Positions 22,193 to 32,498 of a DNA stretch of 64,000 bases are shown piece by piece (position 1 is the stretch's first letter; each line of letters begins with the position of its first letter). Location: NCBI GenBank assembly GCA_963829055.1, contig CAWHHI010000016.1:32001-96000 (forward strand), given 5' to 3'. This stretch comes from an uncultured Gemmatimonadaceae bacterium. Lineage in GTDB: Bacteria; Gemmatimonadota; Gemmatimonadetes; Gemmatimonadales; Gemmatimonadaceae. The translations under genes and the position numbers were made by a program. Under the pieces are notes generated by a model. It was not told the DNA's origin and searched no databases. It worked only from the letters and a program-made list of their open reading frames with translations.

Positions 22193-23382
22193 GCGCGACT
22201 CGAGCGCGGGCCTCGAGGCGAACGACGCGCTGCCGCTGGCGGGCATCCGCGTCGTCGCGCTCGAGCAGGCCGTCGCCGCGCCGTTCGCCTCGCGGCAACT
22301 CGCGGACATGGGCGCCGACGTCATCAAGGTCGAGCGGCCCGACGGCGGCGATTCGGCGCGCGCGTACGACGGCGCGTTGAACGGAACGTCTGCGTACTTC
22401 GCGTGGCTCAATCGCGGGAAGCGAAGCGTCGTGCTCGATCTCAAGCGAGCCGAGCGATCACGACGTGTGCGCGCAGCTGCTCGCGCGCGCCGATGTGTTC
22501 GTTCACAACCTCGCGCCGGGCGCGGTGGAGCGACTCGGGCTTCGGGTACGACGCGCTTGCCGAGCGAAACTCGCGGCTCGTGTGGTGCGGGATCTCCGGG
22601 TACGGACCGGACGGCCCGCAGCGCGACAAGAAGGCGTACGACATGCTCGTGCAGGCGGAGTCGGGCGTCGTGTCGCTCACCGGGAGCGCGGATGCGCCGG
22701 CGAAGGTCGGCATCTCGATCGCCGACATCTGCGTCGGGGCTGTACGCGTATTCGTCCGTGCTCGCCGCGCTGTTGCGACGCGGGACGCACGGGCAAGGGC
22801 GCGCGCATCGACATCTCGATGCTCGAGTGTCTGACGGAGTGGATGACGCCGGCGCTGTACGTCTGGCACGGGACGGGTCAGGTCCCGGCACGTGTCGGCG
22901 TGCGCCACAACATGATCGTGCCGTACGGCGCGTACGAGTGCGCTGACGGCGCGGTGCTGTTCGCGGTGCAGACGCAGCGCGAGTGGCGGCGGTTCTGTGC
23001 CGACGTCGATGCATAACGCGGCGCTCGCCGACGACGTGCGCTTCGCGACGAACGCGGAGTCGACTGCAAGCATCGCGTGGAGCTGGAGTCGATGATCGAG
23101 AATCGTCTGCGCCGCATTCCCGCGCGCGCAGGTCAATGCGCTTGCTCGCAGGCCGCCGATATACCCACGGGGGCACGTGAACGATGTGCCGGCGGTGATG
23201 GCGCACGCGCAACTCGCGGCGCGCGATCGCGTTGGACGACCGTCGGCGCGCCGGGAGGATCGATTCCGGCGCTGCTGCCGCCACACAATCTTGGCGGCGC
23301 CTCGCCGCGGATGGGTGACGTGCCAGCGTTAGGCGCTCATACGGCGGAGGTGATCGCGGAGCTTGCTCGTGACCGACGCTGA
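22189..23382 (+). CDS. Family III CoA-transferase (CaiB/BaiF); multiple frameshifts, start approximate
   Basis: LPLAGIRVVALEQAVAAPFASRQLADMGADVIKVERP, NRGKRSVVLDLK, ISGYGPDGP, PALGAHTAEV. Confidence 0.88.
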
Positions 23383-23420
23383 TCAGGCTGGATCACGCCG
23401 TGATCAGACTCAGGAGGCCA

Positions 23421-23923
23421 ATGATGACGGAGACCGCCGGAAGCGCCGGCCGATGCTACGAGGACTTCGAGGTCGGGCTCGTCATGCGCCACCCGCTGGG
23501 CCGCACGGTGACGGCGACGGACAACGCGTGGTTCGCGCTCATGACGGTGAACACGAATCCGATTCACTTCGACGCACACTACTCGTCGCAGACGGAGTTC
23601 GGGCGACCGCTCGTGAACTCGTGCTTCACGATCGCGCTCGTGACCGGCCTCTCGGTCGCGGACGTCTCGCGCAACGCGGTGAACCTCGGCTGGGATGAGG
23701 TGCGGATGCCGTCGCCACTGTTCGAGGGTGACACGGTGTACGCGCAGTCGAGGGTGCTGCACGACGCGCGAGTCGAAGTCGCGACCGACGATGGGCATCG
23801 TCGAGATCGAGACGACGGGCTTCAAGCAGGACGGGACGGTGGTGATGACGTTCCGGCGGACGATCCTCGTGTACAAGCGCGGGCACGTCCCGACGATTCC
23901 GCCTCCTACGCCGCGAGCGGTAG
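23421..23923 (+). CDS. MaoC-family (hotdog) dehydratase/hydratase; frameshift near 23765, end approximate
   Basis: GRCYEDFEVG..HPLGRTVTATDN..NTNPIHFD..FGRPLVNS; continues ESKSRPTMGIVEIETTGFKQDG. Confidence 0.85.
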
Positions 23924-24154
23924 GCGGTCGAGCGGCAGGTTGTCGGCGCATGGCACCGAGCGGCAGCGACGGACCGCTGCGACGGCATTGCAGCCGGTCT
24001 GGCCACGAGTACATGAGCGGAACGGCTCGCCTCGTCGTTCGTGCTTGCTCCGTCGGTGCCACGCGCAGTTCGATCGGCCTCGCAGTCCGACGTGCCCTGC
24101 GCGGTCCGCGCTCTGCGCCGTTAGGCGTCGGCACCGCTGCTCCAGCGAGACGTC

Positions 24155-25456
24155 TTAGAACCGCTCGATCACCCGCTCGACGGCTTCGATCGTCGCGTCG
24201 ATCTCGACCGGCGGATTCGCGAACTCCGGCGGCGGCGACAGCTCCTGGTGATAGCGGAGCAGGGCACCCGGGTCCTTCAGGATGTGCCCCGTCAGCACCG
24301 CGACCACGCGATCCGACGAGCGGATCGTGCCCTCCCTAACGAGTCGCCGTACGCCCGCGACGCTCGCCGCGCTTGCCGGCTCACAGCCCACGCCAGCGGC
24401 GTCCACGACTGCCTTCGCGTCGAGAATCTCGGCGTCGGTCACCGACGTTACCACACCGTCTGTGAACCGAATCGCATTCACGCCGCGGTCGAACGACGCC
24501 GGGTCACCAATGCGGATCGCGGTCGCGACCGTCTCCGCTTTCACCTTGTGGCGCGTGGCGAACGCGTCGCGGAACGACTGCGCGAACGGCGACGCGCCCT
24601 CCGCCTGAATCGCGGCGATGCGCGGGACGCGCGTGATCAGGCCCAGCTCGTGCGCTTCACGCAGCGCTTTTCCAAACGCTGCCGTGTTGCCGAGGTTACC
24701 CGCGGGGAGGACCAGCCAGTCCGGCGCGTCCCAGCCCAGTTGCTCGAGCGTCTCGAGGACGATCGTCTTCTGCCCCTCGACGCGGAATGGGTTGATCGAG
24801 TTGAGCAGATAGATCCCGAGACGCGTGCTCGCCTGCTGCACGAGTGACAGGCAGGCGTCGAAGTCGCCTTTCACCATCAACGTCCGCGCGCCGTACGCGA
24901 GCGACTGCGCCAGCTTACCTAACGCGACCTGCCCGGCCGGCACGAACACGAGCGCCGGAATCCCGGCCTGCGCGGCGTACGAAGCGAGCGATGCCGACGT
25001 GTTGCCGGTGGACGCACACGCGACCGCGCGCGCGCCAATGCGTCGCGCTTGCGTCACGCCCACAGTCATGCCGCGATCCTTGAAGGAGCCGGTCGGGTTG
25101 TGCCCCTCGTGCTTGAGCTGCAACCCATCGACACCAGCCCACGCCGCCACACGCGCTCGCGACAGGAGCGGCGTGTTGCCCTCGGGGTGCGAGACGATGT
25201 GATCGCCGGCGCCAGGCAGGACCATCTCGCGATACCGCCATACGCCCGAACCGCCGTCCGTGCCGTTTATCCGTCGAGCCGAGAACACGCCGCGGAGTTG
25301 AACTCCGCGGACGCTGGGCGGCGCGTGCACGACCTCGAGCAGGCCGCCGCACGACGCGCACGTGGGCGACGCGTCCGTATCCGGAAACTGATGGCCGCAC
25401 ACGGCACAGCGCTGATAGCTCGCGGCCTGCGCCGCAACATCCGTAAGGCCCGTCAT
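24155..25456 (-). CDS. thrC: Threonine synthase
   Basis: EGNTPL, KHEGHNPTGSFKDRG, CASTGNTSAS, PAGNLGN, LTGHILKD; operon with thrAB. Confidence 0.95.
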   Translation of the reverse strand: MTGLTDVAAQAASYQRCAVCGHQFPDTDASPTCASCGGLLEVVHAPPSVRGVQLRGVFSARRINGTDGGSGVWRYREMVLPGAGDHIVSHPEGNTPLLSRARVAAWAGVDGLQLKHEGHNPTGSFKDRGMTVGVTQARRIGARAVACASTGNTSASLASYAAQAGIPALVFVPAGQVALGKLAQSLAYGARTLMVKGDFDACLSLVQQASTRLGIYLLNSINPFRVEGQKTIVLETLEQLGWDAPDWLVLPAGNLGNTAAFGKALREAHELGLITRVPRIAAIQAEGASPFAQSFRDAFATRHKVKAETVATAIRIGDPASFDRGVNAIRFTDGVVTSVTDAEILDAKAVVDAAGVGCEPASAASVAGVRRLVREGTIRSSDRVVAVLTGHILKDPGALLRYHQELSPPPEFANPPVEIDATIEAVERVIERF

Positions 25457-26421
25457 GACTCGATCTCCACTCGCGCACCGACCCGATCCACTTCACACAC
25501 GCGCACACTCGACGTGATGGCCTGTGCCGCGAACGCCGCCTCCATCGCCACCGCCACTGCCTGCGCGCACGCGAGGTCGCCAACGAGCGCGAACGTCGTC
25601 GGGCCGGCGCCGGAGATCGACGCGCCTAACGCCCCGGCGGCGAGCGCCGCCGCCTTCGCCTCGCGGAACCCCGGAATGAGCGGCGCCCGCGCCGGCTCGG
25701 CGATGCGGTCGTCGATCGCGCGCCCGAGGAGCGCGAGGTCGCCTGACGCGAGCGCCGCGACGATCGCACCGACCTGCGCCGCCTGATGCAGCGCGATGCT
25801 TCGTTCGACCATCGCCGGCAGCACGGAGCGCGCGTCCGCCGTGCGAAGTCGCTGCGACGGGTGCGCGAGCACGATGAACAATGACGGCGGTACCGGCAGC
25901 TGCACGACGTCGATCGGATCGATCGACCTGATGAGGCAGATGCCGCCGAGCAGCGACGGCGCGAGGTTGTCGAGGTGCCGGCCAGCGACAGTCGCTTCGG
26001 CGAGCAGACACGCTTCGAGCAGGGCGTCCGTCGCGAGCGGCGAGCCGCACAGCACGTTCACGGCGACCGCGCCAGCCACCGCCGATGCCGCGCTACCGCC
26101 CTGGCCCGCGGAGAGCGGCAGGTCCTTCTTCACCGTCAGCGCGATACCGGGCGCCGGCGGGCATCGGCCACCGCCTAACGCCTGACGCAGCACCGCGGAC
26201 GCCGCGATCGCCGACGAGTGCAGCGCCGGATCCGTAGGCAACTCGGGGTGTCCGGCATTGCGCACCACGACGCCTTCCTCGTCGCACCACTCGGCCGTCA
26301 CGCTATCGCCAACGCCGGTGACGGCGCAGCCTAGCACGTCGAGCCCGGGCCCGAGGTTGCCTATGCCGCCCGGGGCGTAGGCGAGCACGCGCTTCGGGAA
26401 AGCGCCCGGCGTCTGGCTCAC
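25453..26421 (-). CDS. thrB: Homoserine kinase
   Basis: NLGPGLDVLG, GHMP loop PLSAGQGGSAAS, HLDNLAP, ISGAGPT. Confidence 0.95.
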   Translation of the reverse strand: MSQTPGAFPKRVLAYAPGGIGNLGPGLDVLGCAVTGVGDSVTAEWCDEEGVVVRNAGHPELPTDPALHSSAIAASAVLRQALGGGRCPPAPGIALTVKKDLPLSAGQGGSAASAVAGAVAVNVLCGSPLATDALLEACLLAEATVAGRHLDNLAPSLLGGICLIRSIDPIDVVQLPVPPSLFIVLAHPSQRLRTADARSVLPAMVERSIALHQAAQVGAIVAALASGDLALLGRAIDDRIAEPARAPLIPGFREAKAAALAAGALGASISGAGPTTFALVGDLACAQAVAVAMEAAFAAQAITSSVRVCEVDRVGARVEIES

Positions 26422-28919
26422 GAGGCGGCCAGCGCGAGAATGTCGTTCAACACGCCGGCTGCCGTCACCGCCGGTCCCGCACCCGGCCCAGTGATCACGA
26501 GCGGATTCGTCTGATAGCGCATCGTCGTGAAGGCGACCTGATTGTCCGTCCCATTGAGCGCCGCGAACGGGCTCGTCGACTCGACGGCCTGAAGACCGAC
26601 CTCGACGCGTCGTCGCGTGACAGACGCAACATATCGCAGCACTCGCCCAGCGTCCCGTGCCTCACGCGCGCGTTTCTCCCAGGACTCGTCGAAATCCTCC
26701 AGCCGCGCGAGGAAGTCGCGGAGCGGAAGCTTTCGTGCGGGCGGCGGCACGAGCGACTCGAGCTCGATGTCTTCGAGCTCGCCCTCGAACCCGACGAGTC
26801 GGCCGAGGATGAGCGCCTTTCGCGCGACGTCCATGCCGGACAGGTCGTCGCGCGGGTCCGGCTCGGTATAGCCCTTCTCCATCGCCTGGCGCAGCGACTC
26901 GGAGAACTTGCGGCCTCGCCCGATCTCGCTCAGGAGAAAGCCGAGCGTGCCTGACGTGCACCCGTCGATGCGATGCACGCGATCGCGCGCCTCGACGAGC
27001 TTGTAGTACGTGTCGATGATCGGGAGTCCCGCGCCGACCGTCGTCTCGTGGAGAATGCGTCGGTCGTGCGTCTCTGCGGCGGCCTGCAGCGCACGCGCAT
27101 CGCTCAGCGCCCCGGAGAGTGGACGCTTGTTCGCGAGTACCACGTCCATGCCGGCGGACAGTGCGCCGCGGAGCAGGGCAGTCGTGTCGTCCGCGGTGAG
27201 ATCGACGAAGATTGGACGGGACAGCGCGTGACGCGCGATGGACGCGAGCGCCTCCTGCGTCGTCGCGACGGTGCCACCGGCAGCCGCGCTCAGACGCGCA
27301 CCGCCTGCCTTCTCCTTCGCGAGCGACGCGAGTCGACGCGGCGAGATTCCGCCGGGCTCGAACACGTAGCCGCTGCGGTCGATGACCGCGACGACCCGCG
27401 CACGCGGCCCGTTCTGACGTGCGCGGCCGAGCATGCCGGAGAGTGTGCGTCCGATCTGGCCGAAGCCGAGCAGGACGACGTCCGCGTGTTCCGGCCGCAC
27501 GGCCGCGCCGCCACCAAGGCGACTGAGCTGGAATTCGCCGTGGACGCGACGCATCGCTGCCGACAGGTCGGCTTCGGGAACGACTGCGGAGATGTTGAGC
27601 TCCGACGAGCCCTGCGCGATCGCGATGATGTTGATGCCGCCGTCGGCGAGCGCAGAGAACACGCGCGCCGCAACGCCCGGTGTTCCGTGCATGCCGAGGC
27701 CGACGACCGCGAGCGTCGCGAGGCTCGATTCGATCTCGACGTCGTCGATCTCCCGACGCTCGATCTCGTCCGCGAACGCCGCGCGCAGACTCGTTCGCGC
27801 CGCGTCCGCGCTCGCCGCCGGAACGGTGAAGCAGATCGAATGCTCCGACGACGCCTGCGAGATGAGCGAGACCGACACGCCCTCGCGATGAAGCGCGGCG
27901 AACGTGCGCCCCGCGATGCCGGGCACGCCGAGCATGCCGTTGCCGGATACGGTGACGAGCGCCTGCGCGGTGACCGCGGACAGCGCCTTCACGGGATACT
28001 TCGTGAGCGTACGACGCGCGGAGATCTCGGTCCCCGCGGCGGACGGATCGCCGAACGGTCGGATGAACAGCGGCGTCGATCGATTGACGAGCGGCGTGAG
28101 CGCACGCGGATGCAGCACCTTCGCGCCGTAGTACGCGAGCTCGGCTGCCTCACGCGCGTTGAGCTGCGGAATCACGCGCGCGTCGGAGACGATGCGCGGG
28201 TCCGCGGTGAGCAGGCCCGGCACGTCCTTCCACAGCGTCACGGAGGTCGCCCGGAGCGCTCTCGCGAGGAGCGTGGCGCTGAGGTCGGACCCACCGCGAC
28301 CCAGTGTGGCTACCTCGCCCGCGGGTGTTCCGCCAATGAATCCCGGCACGACGGGTGTGATGCGGCGTCGAAGCAGCGGGAGGATCGCCGCGCGCGCGGC
28401 GCGATCCGTGGCCGCGAGATCGGGGGACGCGCCGCCGAACTGTCCATTTGTGCGGATCACGTCAGGCCCATCGACGAATTGCGCGCGCCGTCCGGCCTTC
28501 GTGAGTGCGGCGGCGACAATGCGCGCGCTCAGCCGCTCGCCGCGTGAGGCAACGTAGTCGGACGTGCGAGGTGTGAGCTCTCTAAGGACAGCCAGCCCAT
28601 GAGCGAGCGCATCGAGCTCTGCCATGGCCTCATCGATCTCGGCGAGCAGGGAGCGTCGTTCCGGCGTCGCGCGAAGCAGCTTCATGACGATGGCCCGGTG
28701 CCGCTCGCGAAGCTCGGCCGACGTCTCCCGGAGGACACGTTCCTCGCCTGACGCGGCGCGCCGCGCGCCCTCGAGCAGTGCATCGGTGACACCGGCGAGC
28801 GCGGAGACGACGATGACGGATCGCGTGTCCTGCGCGACAGCGATGTCGACCGCGTGCGAGACGGCGGTCGCGTCGGCGAGCGAGGCTCCGCCGAACTTAT
28901 GAACGGCTATGGAAGGCAC
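26418..28919 (-). CDS. thrA: Bifunctional aspartokinase/homoserine dehydrogenase
   Basis: VHKFGGASL, TLGRGGSD, two ACT domains, LLGFGQIG, ETTVGAGLP, TEPDPRDDLSG, GPGAGPAVTA. Confidence 0.96.
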   Translation of the reverse strand: MPSIAVHKFGGASLADATAVSHAVDIAVAQDTRSVIVVSALAGVTDALLEGARRAASGEERVLRETSAELRERHRAIVMKLLRATPERRSLLAEIDEAMAELDALAHGLAVLRELTPRTSDYVASRGERLSARIVAAALTKAGRRAQFVDGPDVIRTNGQFGGASPDLAATDRAARAAILPLLRRRITPVVPGFIGGTPAGEVATLGRGGSDLSATLLARALRATSVTLWKDVPGLLTADPRIVSDARVIPQLNAREAAELAYYGAKVLHPRALTPLVNRSTPLFIRPFGDPSAAGTEISARRTLTKYPVKALSAVTAQALVTVSGNGMLGVPGIAGRTFAALHREGVSVSLISQASSEHSICFTVPAASADAARTSLRAAFADEIERREIDDVEIESSLATLAVVGLGMHGTPGVAARVFSALADGGINIIAIAQGSSELNISAVVPEADLSAAMRRVHGEFQLSRLGGGAAVRPEHADVVLLGFGQIGRTLSGMLGRARQNGPRARVVAVIDRSGYVFEPGGISPRRLASLAKEKAGGARLSAAAGGTVATTQEALASIARHALSRPIFVDLTADDTTALLRGALSAGMDVVLANKRPLSGALSDARALQAAAETHDRRILHETTVGAGLPIIDTYYKLVEARDRVHRIDGCTSGTLGFLLSEIGRGRKFSESLRQAMEKGYTEPDPRDDLSGMDVARKALILGRLVGFEGELEDIELESLVPPPARKLPLRDFLARLEDFDESWEKRAREARDAGRVLRYVASVTRRRVEVGLQAVESTSPFAALNGTDNQVAFTTMRYQTNPLVITGPGAGPAVTAAGVLNDILALAAS

Positions 28920-29149
28920 AGTCAGCAGTGAACAGTCAGTTCGGCGACGATCGCAGCCAACGCTCGGCGACGCAACTGCGTAGACGAGGCAGCGCAATCC
29001 CGTCCGCAGATCGCACGGGGGGGCGCGCCACGCAAGCGGTAGGTAAGCTAGCGCGTCCGCCCGCCAGTCGTCCCACCGACTCGTGCGACGGCGCGCGCCG
29101 GCTATTTTGCCGACCTTCCCCCCTCACTCCCGAGAACCAAGGACCGGTC

Positions 29150-32060
29150 ATGCGAGTGAACGTCCCCGTAGTTCCACGCGCACTTCGCGCGGTCACCCCG
29201 AACCTTCGACCTGGGCGCTGGGCGTCTGGACTCCTGCTGGCTGCGACGCTGGTCGCGCCCGGCGCTGTCCGCGCAGTCGGTGCGCCAAGGTAACAACCCC
29301 GAAGGAATTCTTCGGGTTCAACATCGGCGACGACTGGAAGCTGGCGAACTACGATCAGTTCCAGGAATACTGGAAGAAGATCGACGCCGAGTCCGACCGC
29401 ATGGTCGTGCAGGAGATCGGGAAGACGGCCGAAGGTCGCCCGCAGCTCATGGCGATCATCACGTCGCCGGAGAACTTCAAGAAGCTCGACCGCTACAAGG
29501 ACATCGTCGCGCCGCCTCGCGATGGGCGAAGGCACCGAGGAAGACGCGACGCGCGCTCGGCGCGCGAAGGCAAAGCCGTCGTCTGGTTCGACGGCGGTCT
29601 CCACGCCACCGAAGTCCTCGGCGCGCACCAGCTGATCGAGACGACGTATCAGCTGATCAGCCGCACCGATCCGGAGACGATGCGCTTCCTGAACGACCTG
29701 ATCATCCTGGCCGTTCACGCGAATCCGGACGGGATGCAGCTCGTCTCGAACTGGTACATGAAGGACGCGGACACGCTCAAGCGCAACATGAACATCCCGC
29801 GTCTCTATCAGAAGTACATCGGTCACGACAACAATCGTGACTTCTACATGCTGAATCAGCCCGAGTCGGTGAACATCGCGCGGATTCAGTACCTCGAGTG
29901 GTTCCCGCAGATCGTCTACAACCATCACCAGACCGGTCCGGCCGGTACGGTGATGTTCGCGCCGCCGTTCCGCGATCCGTTCAACTACAACTTCGATCCG
30001 CTCATCCCGATCGGCATCGACATGGTCGGCGCGGCGATGCACGAGCGCTTCCTGCGCGAGAACAAGCCGGGCGTCACGATCGCGCACGGGCTCGAGCTAC
30101 TCGACGTGGTGGAACGGCGGCCTGCGCACGACGGTGTACTTCCACAACATGATCGGCCTGCTCACGGAGACGATCGGCAACCCGACGCCGATGGAGATCC
30201 CGCTCATCACGCGCAATCAGCTGCCGCGCGCCGACCTGCCGTATCCGATCGCGCCGCAGAAGTGGCACTTCCGTCAGTCGATCGACTACTCGGTGACCGC
30301 GAACTACGCGGTGTTCGACATCGCGTCGAAGCGGCGAGAGGACTTCCTGTTCAACGTCTGGCGCATGGCGAAGAACTCGATCGAGCGCGGCAGCCGCGAC
30401 TCGTGGACGATCACGCCGACGGAGCTCGACTCGCTCGATGCGCGCATTGCGCGCGAGCGTCCGAACGCCGGCGGCAGCGGCGGTCGCGCGGCGACGGCAG
30501 TGGTGGCGGCGCGGCGGGCGCGATCAATCCGTTCGGCGGCGCGGCTCCCACGAAGTACTTCACCGAGTACATGCGCGATCCCGCGAAGCGCGATCCGCGC
30601 GGCTACATCATTCCGTCGAACCAGCCGGACTTCCTCACGGCGACGAAGTTCATCACCGCGCTGCGCAAGGTGAACGTCACCGTGCACCGCGCGACGGCGC
30701 CGTTCACGGTCGCCGGCAAGAACTACCCGGCCGGCTCGTACGTCGTGAAGGGGGCGCAGCCGTTCCGTCCGCACGTGCTCGACATGTTCGAGCCGCAGGA
30801 TCACCCTAACGATTTCGCGTATCCGGGCGGCCCGCCGAAGCCGCCGTACGACAACGCCGGCTACACGCTCGCGTTCCAGATGGGCGTGCAGTTCGATCGC
30901 ATCCTCGATGGCTTCGACTGCCCCTGCGAAGTCATCAAGGACCTCGGCACGCCGCCGGCGGGAACGGTCGCCAGCGACGAACGCCGCGGGCTTCCTGCTC
31001 TCGCACGCAACGAACGACGCGTTCGTCGCGGTGAACCGCGCACTCAAGGCGGGCAACGACGTGTTCTGGATCAAGACGCCGATGACGGCGAACGGCAAGA
31101 CGTATCCGGCCGGCTCGTTCTACATCGCGTCGAAGTCCGGCACGCCGCAGATGCTGCAGACGCTCGCGAAGGAGAAGGGCCTGTCGTTCGACGGCACGTC
31201 GGCCAAGCCCGGCGCCGATGCGATGAAGGTACAGCCGAAGCGCATCGCGCTCTGGGATCAGTACGGCGGCTCGATGCCGTCGGGCCACAACCGCTGGCTG
31301 TTCGAGCAGTTCGAGTTCCCGTTCCAGGTCGTGTATCCGCAGACGCTCGATCAGGGCAACCTGTCGAGCAAGTACGACGTGATCGTGTTCCAGGGCGGCG
31401 CGATCCCGGAGCTCAACCGCGTCCGCAGCAGGGCTTCGGTGGCGGTGGCGGCGGTGGCTTCGGCCGCAACGTCGATCCGGCCACGCTTCCCGCGGAGTTC
31501 CGCGGCATGGACGGGCCGCATCACGCCGGACAAGACCATTCCGCAGCTCAAGAAGTTCCTCGAGGACGGCGGCACGATCATCACGATCGGCAGCTCGACG
31601 AACCTCGCGTATCACCTCGGTCTCCCGGTGATGGACAAGCTCGTCGAGAAGACGGCGAACGGGCGAAGAGCGCGAGCTGCCGCGCGAGAAGTTCTACGTG
31701 CCCGGCTCGGTCATGCAGGTGGAAGTCGACAACACGCTGCCGGTCGCGCAGGGGCTTCCGAAGGAAGTCGATGTGTTCTTCGACGAGAGCCCGGTGTTCA
31801 CGCTCGATGCGGACGCCGCGGCGAAGGGCGTGAAGCCGGTGGCGTGGTACGACTCACCGCACACGCTGCGCAGCGGCTGGGCGTGGGGCCAGACAGTATC
31901 TCGACAAGGGCGTCGCGTTGCCGAGGCGCAGGTCGGGAAGGGCAAGCTGTACCTGTTCGGACCGGAGATCACGTTCCGCGGGCAGCCGCACGGGACGTTC
32001 AAGTTCCTGTTCAACGGCATCTACGCGGACAAGAAGGTCGATCCGAAGGTAGTGCAGTAA
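29150..32060 (+). CDS. Secreted M14 zinc carboxypeptidase-family protein; many frameshifts
   Basis: IGKTAEGR, DGGLHATE (HxxE), ANPDG, HDNNRD, YNHHQ; C-terminal FGPEITFRGQPHGTFKFLFN. Confidence 0.88.
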
Positions 32061-32083
32061 CGCAATTGCGCCGTGGACATACG

Positions 32084-32117
32084 CCGGCGACGGGGCGCAT
32101 TTTGGCTCCGTCGCCGG
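32084..32117 (+). terminator. Stem-loop after M14 peptidase
   Basis: CCGGCGACGG (32084-32093) pairs with CCGTCGCCGG (32108-32117). Confidence 0.5.
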
Positions 32118-32120
32118 TTC

Positions 32121-32269
32121 TGTCATTCCGAGCGGGTTGTCATTCCGAGCGGATTGTCATTCCGAGCGAGGTCAGCGAGTCGAGGAATCGTCGGCGTCCC
32201 GGTAGAGGGCCCTCTACGGCACGGTCACGATTCCTCGACTCCGGCCTGCGGCCTCCGCTCGGAATGACA
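32121..32269. repeat. GTCAT...ATGAC palindromic (REP-like) element with triplicated left end
   Basis: TGTCATTCCGAGCG at 32121, 32138, 32155; inverse at 32256-32269; inner arms 32178-32191/32227-32240; central palindrome GTAGAGGGCCCTCTAC 32202-32217. Confidence 0.85.
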
Positions 32270-32457
32270 CGGCGTCTCAGACGAAACGTGCGAACGGATT
32301 CATCTGATCCAACGGATCGACTCCGATCCCGGGAATGGCTACATCGCTCGTGACTCTTTTGTTTTTTGAAGGTGTGCCAGCGAGACGCTCTGTCTCGCTC
32401 ACGGAATCAATCCGCTAGATCCGACGCATCCGTTCGTTCCTTTCGTCTGAGATGCCG
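32270..32457. repeat. MITE-like element with ~30-bp imperfect terminal inverted repeats; partial copy at 7040-7085
   Basis: CGGCGTCTCAGACGAAACGTGCGAACGGAT versus ATCCGTTCGTTCCTTTCGTCTGAGATGCCG. Confidence 0.75.
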
Positions 32458-32498
32458 GACTGACATTGCCGGACTCACCACTCCAACGTGATCACGTT

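Noticed and set aside
19577..32060. Programmed frameshifting or mass pseudogenisation
   Set aside because: Shifts lack consistent slippery sites and hit unrelated genes with intact catalytic motifs; sequencing error is simpler
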